64,000 nt of DNA from Candidatus Saccharimonadota bacterium (GCA_017514975.1 JAFWIF010000014.1:52070-116069); one strand, 5' to 3'; shown: positions 19,385-27,533, numbered from the stretch's first letter. Program-made: numbers and translations. Notes: generated from the sequence alone by a model not told the origin.

Positions 19385-19470
19385 GAACAAGTGAATTATA
19401 TCACGATTGCGAGGAGAGCGCAATCGAATGTCGCCGCCGTGGCGTTGTTTGCCTTGGCTCGCAAGAATGA

Positions 19471-22224
19471 TTATTTTGATTGGCGCAATCTTTGCGCGAT
19501 CAGTACGACGCCGCCGAGACTCGTGACGGCTACAGCAATCGCGCCGAGAGCGGGCCAGGCCTTGGTTGAGACAGTGAGACCAGTTGGAGGCGGGGCGGCC
19601 TTGGTGTTCGTGAAAGCGATGGAAATATCCGAGCCTAGAGAATTTATCGTGTAGCGTCGGCCGTTGGTACTAGTTTGTCCGACTTTGTAGCTTGTTTCGT
19701 AGCCGTCAGGGGCATAATCTACTTCTTCGATTTCAATCTTTGAGCCAGCCGGGAGAGTAGTGAGCTGTTTAATATTGCGATGCTTGAGCGTGAAGGTATA
19801 ACTGCCATCGTTGTTAGAAGTAAAGCCTTCGAAATTTGAGAGGTCGACAAGGTCACCGCTTCCGCCGTCTTTGGTAACCTTTATTTTATAGGTGAAATCT
19901 TTTGAGGTGTTGGCGAGGTCGCCTTTGACGAAGTTAGAGATTTCGAGGCCGTATGAAGACTTTGAGTTGACAAAAGTGGAAGTAATGTCGCTGTCGCCGA
20001 TAACGCCATGATCGTTGGTTTTCGAGGTCAGAGTCCAGCCTGTTTTGTTTTCTTCGATAATTTCATATTCATAGCCTTGCGGAAGCTGCAAGGTCTTGGT
20101 ACCGTTTTGCGGCAAGGAGAATGAATAGTAGCCGTTCTCATCGGGCTGACCAAAGAAAGAAGAGAGGTCGTATGGTTTTCTGTAGAGTAAACTAGATACT
20201 CCCTCGTTTCCTTCCGCGCCGCACACGAGGCTTGGACTTCTCCAACCATTTGGGTTCTCATACCAATAGCCGTCATCAGAATACCACTCACCGTATCCGC
20301 CAGCGCTATACCATTTATACTCGTTGATGTTTTTGCCATTGATATTTAGATCTATGGTACGCTGTAGTCCATTGAGGTAATTCCACATATCTAAAGCTTT
20401 CTCGAAGTCATCAGAATCACGAGTCTTGCTCTCACCCCAAACCGAGCGTCTATGCCCGCTCGCGGCGTCTATTAGTCTACCGTTAATCTTGGTGGTAGCA
20501 TCCGTAAGTCTTACCGTTATATTATGAGTAGAGCCATCATCCCCTTGGGAGTAAATATATTCCTCAAAATACACACAACCATAATCAAATGCTCTAACTT
20601 TATAATTAAATTGATCGCTCGTATTTATGTCGGTTTCTTTCTTAATAGTAAGATTTTGTTTGGGTATCTCTTCGAATACAACATTAATAATATAGTCCTT
20701 TTGTATATTGCTTAGACTATATAGACGATTCGTCTCGACAGACACATCGATGCCGACTCCGTCGACGGTTAAGCTTTTTATTCTGTATCCTTCGTTGGGC
20801 CGATAATATATATTCTTTGAGGCTCCGTAGGCAACGGTCGTAGATTCGGTAATTGTGCCATTAACGGCACTCGTAGTTATGTTGTACTTTGGAACGATTA
20901 TATACGGGTCAGCCGCTGTGCCGGTGCCACCGTCGTAGGTTGTACCGGGCCTTAGAGAGATGACTGGACGTACGCCGAGCAGAGAATAGTAGCCTGCAAG
21001 GTGGGTCGCCCAATCGTTCGTCATGGCGCCGCCTGGATTAAGACTAGCAACTGATACATACCTAACGTTAGGCACAGTATAGTGGCTTGGCGACATCGAC
21101 CAATAGGGCTCGCCCGTGTCACGGGCAGTGTTATTATTTATCATACTCATCTCGCTGGCGGTCGCTAATCCTATGGGGTAAGTTAGTTTTGCTTTTGTGT
21201 TTTCGACAGAAAATTGATCGGTCAAGTTCGTACAGCTATAATCGTTTGTAATGCCCGTAAACGTAAAATATGACCAAGTTCCGTTAGGATTCCAACCGCC
21301 AGAGTTGGTATTTTTTGGAGAACGATCATTGCAATAAACAGCGTCCTCTAAAAAGGCTGTGTATCCGGTTAAGTTGTTTCTGTACCAGTTATCGACTACC
21401 GTCTTGATAGCGCTATTGTTCGTATTAACATTATCTGCATAGAGCATATCGTGAATAGCTTGCTCAATGGTCTTACCGCCACTAAGTTCGATATACCAAT
21501 CGCTTCGGTGATAGTATCTTACGGTCTCACAAGTACCAGTACCGTTATTGCAGCTATAGTGATGAGTATTGTCTATGTATACGTCAGTATCAATCAAGGT
21601 ATATACGCCATTAGAATATGCGACTCCATTGCCAGCTAAAGTTCCGCTGGCGGGCGCGCCATACTTGTCTGGATATTGAACATTATACATATAACCAGCA
21701 TTAGCCAACGATGGAGTGCTAGCATTAGATATCCAAGTTTTGTTAATAATGCCTCCATAGGGCATACTGCACGTGGCTGAAGACGTGGAGTTGCCATTAT
21801 AAAGAAGTTTTATGCCGCCAGTATCGGTCGTTCTTATCATCTGCCAACACTTGCCGGCAAACACAACATTCCATTTATCCAAAAGCTGCTTGCCCTGCGT
21901 TGTGTCGTTTTCGATTGGGGTCGTAAAGTAATAGATGTCTTTTGGGCCTGCGCCAGCTAAAGTATCGTTGTGTGCGCCAGTATATTTGGCGGCGAGACCA
22001 CCTGTTTCGGCTTCGTTTTTAATAACGTTATAGAGGAGATTTTCGGGTTCGCTTGTATTGCTTGATTCGGCATGAGAATGACGAGTTGCGAGGAGAATTG
22101 CGCCAGTGGCGACGACGAGAAGGACGGAGAAAAGCGAAAAGAAAAGAAGTTTGCGTTTTTTGGTAAAGTTGCTGCTTCTTCTATGTGATATTAACCCCCC
22201 CCCATTACGCAAAAAGATTCCCAT
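19471..22224 (-). CDS. Large surface protein: Cys-rich N-terminal domain, pilin-like Ig domains, PPTG-type C-terminal sorting signal
   Basis: Start moved to the ATG at 22224 because the track start (TTG at 22296) is the promoter -35 box. Signal anchor KKRKLLFFSLFSVLLVV; GDLANTSKDFTYKIKV; C-terminus PPPTGL plus TM plus RLRQSK. Confidence 0.7.
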   Translation of the reverse strand: MGIFLRNGGGLISHRRSSNFTKKRKLLFFSLFSVLLVVATGAILLATRHSHAESSNTSEPENLLYNVIKNEAETGGLAAKYTGAHNDTLAGAGPKDIYYFTTPIENDTTQGKQLLDKWNVVFAGKCWQMIRTTDTGGIKLLYNGNSTSSATCSMPYGGIINKTWISNASTPSLANAGYMYNVQYPDKYGAPASGTLAGNGVAYSNGVYTLIDTDVYIDNTHHYSCNNGTGTCETVRYYHRSDWYIELSGGKTIEQAIHDMLYADNVNTNNSAIKTVVDNWYRNNLTGYTAFLEDAVYCNDRSPKNTNSGGWNPNGTWSYFTFTGITNDYSCTNLTDQFSVENTKAKLTYPIGLATASEMSMINNNTARDTGEPYWSMSPSHYTVPNVRYVSVASLNPGGAMTNDWATHLAGYYSLLGVRPVISLRPGTTYDGGTGTAADPYIIVPKYNITTSAVNGTITESTTVAYGASKNIYYRPNEGYRIKSLTVDGVGIDVSVETNRLYSLSNIQKDYIINVVFEEIPKQNLTIKKETDINTSDQFNYKVRAFDYGCVYFEEYIYSQGDDGSTHNITVRLTDATTKINGRLIDAASGHRRSVWGESKTRDSDDFEKALDMWNYLNGLQRTIDLNINGKNINEYKWYSAGGYGEWYSDDGYWYENPNGWRSPSLVCGAEGNEGVSSLLYRKPYDLSSFFGQPDENGYYSFSLPQNGTKTLQLPQGYEYEIIEENKTGWTLTSKTNDHGVIGDSDITSTFVNSKSSYGLEISNFVKGDLANTSKDFTYKIKVTKDGGSGDLVDLSNFEGFTSNNDGSYTFTLKHRNIKQLTTLPAGSKIEIEEVDYAPDGYETSYKVGQTSTNGRRYTINSLGSDISIAFTNTKAAPPPTGLTVSTKAWPALGAIAVAVTSLGGVVLIAQRLRQSK
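22195..22203 (-). repeat. G9 homopolymer in the signal-peptide n-region; the frame is currently ON
   Basis: Nine C on the plus strand. It encodes GGG in MGIFLRNGGGLISH. Confidence 0.9.
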
Positions 22225-22267
22225 CTGTTTTTTCTTTCTTTGTTTATTTTGACCTAAGCTTGGTTTT

Positions 22268-22328
22268 AGGATAGCATAGAGTTTTGATTCCGTCAATGCT
22301 TGACATTTTTTAGTTTTTGTGATAGGAT
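22268..22328. promoter_or_regulatory. Back-to-back divergent promoters (cassette copy 2)
   Basis: Minus strand: TTGACG (22296..22291), 17 nt, TATCCT (22273..22268), leader AGGTCAAAATAAACA (22255..22241). Plus strand: TTGACA (22300..22305), 17 nt, TAGGAT (22323..22328). Confidence 0.5.
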
Positions 22329-22334
22329 AGAAAG

Positions 22335-22371
22335 ATGAATGCCTCGAGGCGACGAGAGGTGAGGGTTTTTT
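22335..22371 (+). ncRNA. Candidate short hairpin-terminated transcript (copy 2)
   Basis: AGAAAGATGAAT, then a GCCTC-10 nt-GAGGT stem, then GAGGGTTTTTT. Confidence 0.25.
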
Positions 22372-22421
22372 GATAGTTTGGTTGAGTTATATGCTTGGTG
22401 CGAAGAGCGTTTTTGCGGACT

Positions 22422-24940
22422 TTAAGCTTTGCGCCTAATGAGAAAGATGGCGGCGAGGAGGCCAGCAAGGCTTGAGCCGAGAATAATGAAGGGGAGCTTG
22501 AGGGCAGATTTTGAGTGATCGGAAGTTTTTGGGTTAGAGTCTAGGGATTTCGGAGTAGTAGCCTGACTGTGCTCTATAGTCGTGGTGTTTTTTGAATCTT
22601 CGGTGATTTCAGTGTTTTGTGTAGGATTGTCTACAGGTTTTTCTGCGGGGGATTGATCTTTTTGCCAGTTAGCAGTGAAAGTTTTGTCGCCAGTAGTGCC
22701 TTTGGGGATTTGAAGCTGCTTTTGAGGAGGAGAGTTTGGGTCATCAGCGTCAGTCCAGCCGAGAAAAGTGTAACCTGGGCGGGCAGGAGTAGCGAGAGTG
22801 ATAGTGTCGGATTCGATAGTGTAGACAGAAGGATTGTCGGGGGAGTTGGTGGCGGGGCTGGTTGGGCCGTCTGGGCTAGAGGAATCGTCAGGATTAGCGG
22901 GGGCGTCATTGAGATTGTAGGTGATTTGATAGTTGATGGTCTCCCAAGTTGGCGCAATGGTGAGGTTTGAGGTGACACTATCGTAGGACTTGTTCCAAGC
23001 TTTGAAGGTATAGCCGGTTTTGGTGGGGCTGACGGGAGGGGTGGCGGAGGAGCCATAGGGAATGGTTTCGGTTTTTAAGGCAGTGCTTTCGTCATCAGTG
23101 AAAGTAACGGTGAAGATACGTTTATTGGCGAGGAAAAGCTTGACCCCCTCGGTGTCGGAATTTGAGATGGTGAATTCGGGACTGATGAGAGCCTCTTGAT
23201 CCTGGTCGTAACATTGAGTAGCAGAGTTCGGGCAGGAGTCGGCGCTAGCGGAGAGAGAGTAGACGGAACTAGCGGGGGCGGTCTGGACAAGGCGATAGGT
23301 GCCAGTGCCGAGGTTTTGGAAATCTACCTGACCGTCGGAATTGGTTTGGCGAGAGAGAGGATTGCTGTCGTTTGGAGTATAATCCTGCCAAGTGATATCG
23401 TTGCCAGTTCCCTGTTTGAGCTGAAGCTTTAAGGTTGCGTTTTCGAGAAGACGCTTGGTGTCGCTATCCGAAACGAAGGCGGAGACGGAGAAAGTTGGAG
23501 GAGTAACGATAGCGCTAGGATCGATACTTTCGATAGTGACGGTACGAGTGCTTGGCTTTGATGACACGCCGTTACGGGTAATGACGGCGGTCGACTGGAA
23601 GGTGCGGTCCTCTAGAGCGGTACCATAATCGCAAGCAACGTACGCGGTGCTGTATGGGTTTTGCCCCAATGCGCTATTTTCGCCAAATGCAGAGAGGTAA
23701 GCTTGGACGAGGCGGCCGTAATCCTCGGCGTCGGCGTAGCCGTTATTGATGTGGTACTTTGCGGCCTTGTCTGCCCATGCTTCGGCGCTTTGTTGCGGAG
23801 TGTCGATCCCGACACGACCATGATAGATAATAAAAGTCATAGAATCGCCGTTATTATAGTAGCCGTATTGGCGCGGAGTCGCGGTAACTCGAGATTTAAA
23901 ATCGCTATACGATTCGTTAGATGTGGGCTTTATTTCTGTGTATTCGCCGGTGATGGTGGCATAGTTGTAGTTAGAGCTTGATAAAGTGAGGTCGTCTAGG
24001 TCGTAAACTATACGAGCAGACGCAATAATTGAGTGGATATTCATAGCGATTGCATCTTGGCAAGTAATCTCGATGTAAGTATCGGACGGCTCTGGAGAAT
24101 AGCTGTCCCCTTCAGACTCGAAAAGACTTTTTTCGATAGCGTGCGCAGTGCCATCGACGTAATAGTAGACCGCTCTGTTATTGGATTTGGTAGAGAGGTT
24201 ATAGCCGTTGTGTATAGAGAGAGGATTAAGCGTGCGTGGATTAACGAAAAAGTTGATTGAGGTTTCGGGCTGATTGTTGAGACGAATTTGAGTATAACGA
24301 AAATCGTTGTTGCCGATTGGATGGAGAGTGCTACCTGTGTTGATGTGGATATTCTGCGCGCCAGAGCGCCCAGCCATGTTTTCATTAAAGACAAAGCGGA
24401 TAAGTGGTTCGCCGTCCGGAAAGACAGTATAAGAACCGACAGTCGTGCCGGATTCGCCAATAACAGGAACGGCGCCCGAAGCGACTCGCGAGACACTGCC
24501 CTTAGTAGACTTCAGGGCGATATCTACAGTATCGTTGCCAGTGAAGGTGGCGCCGTGCTTTAGGGACAAGTCTAATACTAGGCTCAGCGCGGTAGCTTCG
24601 GAAGTATTAGACTTGACCGGATAGTCGTCGGGATTCGTGGAAGCGTTTTCGCCAAGGATAGTGCTGATTTCGCCATTGGTAGCGCCAGTTAAGGTGTAAC
24701 TTTTAAGGGTTACTTCTGCTTCGAGAGACTGAGCAGAAGTAGCCGGGGCTATTAAAGCTACGAAGGAGAAAGATAAGGTCAAAATTGAGATAATGAAGAA
24801 TGGTTGAAGTTTGCGGAGTTTGAGAAGAATGTGGGGAGTTTGGATTTTTGGCTTTCTCGAGAAGCCAGATACTATGGTGTTTAGTAGACTTTTATACCCC
24901 CCCCCATGGAGATTAATGCGGTGCGAAATAGAGAGAACAT
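22422..24940 (-). CDS. MSCRAMM-like adhesin, phase-variable and currently frameshifted (OFF) at a G9 tract
   Basis: AAGGAG plus the ATG at 24940 opens MFSLFRTALISMGGG and stops 5 codons after the tract. The large ORF 22422..24782 is in the +1 frame relative to that ATG. It contains a Cna-B/SpaA-like domain, two Listeria-Bacteroides repeats, and NPKT plus TM plus RRKA. Confidence 0.65.
24897..24905 (-). repeat. G9 homopolymer that puts the adhesin gene out of frame
   Basis: Nine C on the plus strand. There are 158 nt between the upstream ATG and the first codon of the long ORF, which is 2 mod 3, so G10 or G7 would restore the frame. Confidence 0.9.
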
Positions 24941-24992
24941 GGCGTGGAGACTCCTTTGTTTTTATTGTTTATTTTGACCTTGTTATTGTTTT

Positions 24993-25092
24993 AGAGTAGC
25001 AGAGTTCTTTGATTACGTCAATGCTTGATAATTTGTTAGATTATTTTATTATAATGGTTTTGCTTGACATTTTTGGGGTTTTGTGATACAAT
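24993..25092. promoter_or_regulatory. Divergent promoters (cassette copy 3, with a duplicated plus-strand -35 region)
   Basis: Minus strand: TTGACG (25021..25016), 17 nt, TACTCT (24998..24993), leader AGGTCAAAATAAACA (24980..24966). Plus strand: TTGACA (25064..25069), 17 nt, TACAAT (25087..25092). Confidence 0.5.
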
Positions 25093-25098
25093 AGAAGG

Positions 25099-25147
25099 AT
25101 GTAGCGCCTCGAGGGAGCGAGAGGCGTGGGGTTTTGGTGGTTTTCGG
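25099..25147 (+). ncRNA. Candidate short hairpin-terminated transcript (copy 3)
   Basis: AGAAGGATGTAG, then a CGCCTC-10 nt-GAGGCG stem, then TGGGGTTTTGGTGGTTTT. Confidence 0.3.
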
Positions 25148-25156
25148 AGGCAAAGT

Positions 25157-27451
25157 TTAGCGACGGCGTTTGATGAGTTTATAGCCGAGAATGATACAGG
25201 GAGAAGAGAACAGAGCGGTAAAGATGGGGCCGAAAGGTGAGGCGGCGATGGTTTTGGGATTATCGACGGTAGCTTCTGGGTTTTGCTGAGCAGGTGCGGG
25301 GTTTTGAGTTTCCGGAGAGTCGGTCGAGCTAGAGCTTGAGGTCAAGTCTTGGTCGGCGGGATCAGCAGGAGTATTAGGGTCGGCGTCGTCAGGATTAGTA
25401 ATTTCGCCTGGATTGACTGGATTATTGGGATTAGTTGTGTCGTCGACGGGAGCGACATCTGGGAGCGAAAGTACTGGCCATGATTTGGTTTGATTTTCGT
25501 CGATATTTTCCCACGAATCGTTGATGACCGCCTCTGATTGATCTTGGTTGGTTAGCTGAAGGTATAGGCTGATCTGGTCATTATCGAAACTGGCTCGGGG
25601 GACTGACAACTCTGTAATGACAACACCATCACTGTTCTGGTTAATGGATTTTGTGAGCGACAAGGTATTGCTCGTGATAGAATTTTTAGTCGATGTGATC
25701 GTATGGGTCTTATTGGCATCTTGTAGTTCAATGCGAACCTGATCGCCGTTTGTAAAATCTTGGTCGTAGTGCTCGATGAGAAAATAAACTTTTTCGTGAT
25801 CGACGCAAGTTTTTAGATGGGCCTGAGCCTGGCTTTTTGAGCCCACAAATAAGGATTGTTGGACGTTTGACCAGTCGGATGGGGAGCCGTCTACTACGGG
25901 AGCGCAAACGTCGACAGTGTATGAATGGTTGAGGTGGACTTTACGATAATTGATGGAGCGAGGGGAGCTGGAATTAGTGCTAGAACTGGAATCGGGATAG
26001 ACCGCAAGGAGATCGTCGGCGTCATCTAGCTCGATAGAACCCCACGAGCCACCTTCTAGGACGAGCTGGTGGCTTGACTGAGGGTCGCCAATAATGCCGG
26101 CATAGAACTTTCCTTGCGTATTATAGCTAACGACGACTTCGCCTGATGGAAATTGCTGAACGTAAGGCGCGGCACCTGGAGCGGAAAACTGACTGAAAGC
26201 TTGGGAGTCGCCGGAGTAATTGGCGCGATTGCGAGGATCGTTTATTGCAGGATTTTCGCGTAAGCTATTTTCGCGCAAATCGGCAAGACTAATCCCAGAA
26301 GCGTTCTTGAAATCATAATTTTGACTATAAGTCGAGGTCGAGATACTATAGCCGCTCGGAAGCTGATAATTATCAGTCAGAGACCACATTTCGAAAGCAT
26401 AGAGAATGCGGCCGTCGATAAGCTTGGTTGCAACTGGCATCTGGGCAGTATAATAATTGACGTCTGAATTGGCAGTTTCGCTAAAAAGCGTACCGGTATA
26501 ATGGTAGGCTAAAGCGGAGCCCTGAGTCCAAGTTTTGCCGTTGTCGCTCGAGACGATAACGCCAACAGCGCCAGTGTTGTGTTTTACTAACTCATTGCCG
26601 TTCGCGTCCTTGACGCTAGCGCGATTATTGTTAATACCATTAGAAAACGCCATGACGATTTCGTCGCCATTTAAGATAGCGTGAGGCTCCCAAGGAGTAG
26701 TATTGTCGTGATAGATAGTTTGACCAATATCGAAACTGTGGCCTGTGGGGGTGCCATCAGGATTGATTGAAGGTATTATTTCCCCGCTGTCAAAAATTAG
26801 TTTTCCGGTTGATTCGTTGAGCCGAGCGCGTTTCGCAACGAGGCCATTTAGTTCGACGTGTGTACTTAAATGATGGAATGAACGATAAGCTGCATATACA
26901 AGCAGCGAGCCATCTTTCAAAGGAAGAGCGTCGCAGTTTTGGAAGACGCGAAAATCACGGCCAACGGCATTTTCTTGTACAAGGCTTGGCGCATGGTAGG
27001 CAAAGGATTCCCAAATAATTTCTGGGGTTGTCCAGGTTTTTAGATCCTTACTGGTAGAGTATTGAATCACAGTACCGTTTGAGTTTGGGTAAATACCGGT
27101 CACGCTAGGTGATGATGGATAGTTCCCGGCGTGCCAAAATAAAATATAGGTATCGCCTAGTTTTTTTAGGCGAGGATATTGTTTGATCAGGCGTTCATTT
27201 TCGGGGGTATTATCGTATAGAGACGAGAACGGGAGATGCCCTAAAGAGCGAAAATCTGGCTCTAGATTGGCGTTAGTTGCAACCGTCGCCTTGGCTGAGG
27301 AGTCAAAATTTGAAGCAAACAAAAAACCAAGACTGCCGATAAATACAAAGACTAGAACCGCAAATATGGTTTTTGGGATTTTAGACTGGAGGGGCGTTCT
27401 TTTAGCAGACTTCCTCTTTAAAAAATCGAATTCGCCATGCAAGCATCGCAT
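25157..27451 (-). CDS. Surface-anchored BNR/Asp-box beta-propeller glycosidase (sialidase-like) with a CBM9-like module
   Basis: Asp-boxes STSKDLKTW and SSDNGKTW; C-terminal DGSPSDWSNV...HEKVYFLIEH; a P/D/T-rich linker; NPKT plus TM plus KRRR. Confidence 0.6.
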   Translation of the reverse strand: MRCLHGEFDFLKRKSAKRTPLQSKIPKTIFAVLVFVFIGSLGFLFASNFDSSAKATVATNANLEPDFRSLGHLPFSSLYDNTPENERLIKQYPRLKKLGDTYILFWHAGNYPSSPSVTGIYPNSNGTVIQYSTSKDLKTWTTPEIIWESFAYHAPSLVQENAVGRDFRVFQNCDALPLKDGSLLVYAAYRSFHHLSTHVELNGLVAKRARLNESTGKLIFDSGEIIPSINPDGTPTGHSFDIGQTIYHDNTTPWEPHAILNGDEIVMAFSNGINNNRASVKDANGNELVKHNTGAVGVIVSSDNGKTWTQGSALAYHYTGTLFSETANSDVNYYTAQMPVATKLIDGRILYAFEMWSLTDNYQLPSGYSISTSTYSQNYDFKNASGISLADLRENSLRENPAINDPRNRANYSGDSQAFSQFSAPGAAPYVQQFPSGEVVVSYNTQGKFYAGIIGDPQSSHQLVLEGGSWGSIELDDADDLLAVYPDSSSSTNSSSPRSINYRKVHLNHSYTVDVCAPVVDGSPSDWSNVQQSLFVGSKSQAQAHLKTCVDHEKVYFLIEHYDQDFTNGDQVRIELQDANKTHTITSTKNSITSNTLSLTKSINQNSDGVVITELSVPRASFDNDQISLYLQLTNQDQSEAVINDSWENIDENQTKSWPVLSLPDVAPVDDTTNPNNPVNPGEITNPDDADPNTPADPADQDLTSSSSSTDSPETQNPAPAQQNPEATVDNPKTIAASPFGPIFTALFSSPCIILGYKLIKRRR

Positions 27452-27504
27452 CGTTCTGTCCTTTTTTGATTCTTTGATGTTTATTTTGACCTTGTTATTG
27501 TTTT

Positions 27505-27533
27505 AGAGTAGCAGATTTTGAGGATTTCGTCAA
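27505..27533 (-). promoter_or_regulatory. Cassette copy 4 promoter (unidirectional)
   Basis: TTGACG (27533..27528), 17 nt, TACTCT (27510..27505), leader AGGTCAAAATAAACA (27492..27478). The TGA stop of the upstream 1622-aa gene lies inside the -35 box. Confidence 0.5.

Noticed and set aside
22225-22296. The track start (TTG at 22296) of the 941-aa ORF
   Set aside because: That TTG is the TTGACG -35 hexamer of the conserved promoter, and the stretch covers the leader. The real start is the ATG at 22224.
25099-25110. ATG-TAG start-stop mini-ORFs in the short transcripts (copies 3 and 4) as functional translation elements
   Set aside because: The purine-rich block abuts the ATG with no spacer, so ribosome loading is unlikely. 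The feature is absent from copies 1 and 2. I mention it only inside the sRNA finding.
25105-25147. The hairpins at 15941, 22341, 25105 and 42154 as ordinary terminators of the convergent upstream genes
   Set aside because: In all four cases the U-run follows the stem on the strand of the divergent promoter, not on the strand of the convergent gene. The gene-strand side is followed by mixed sequence. I therefore kept them as terminators of the short divergent transcripts.
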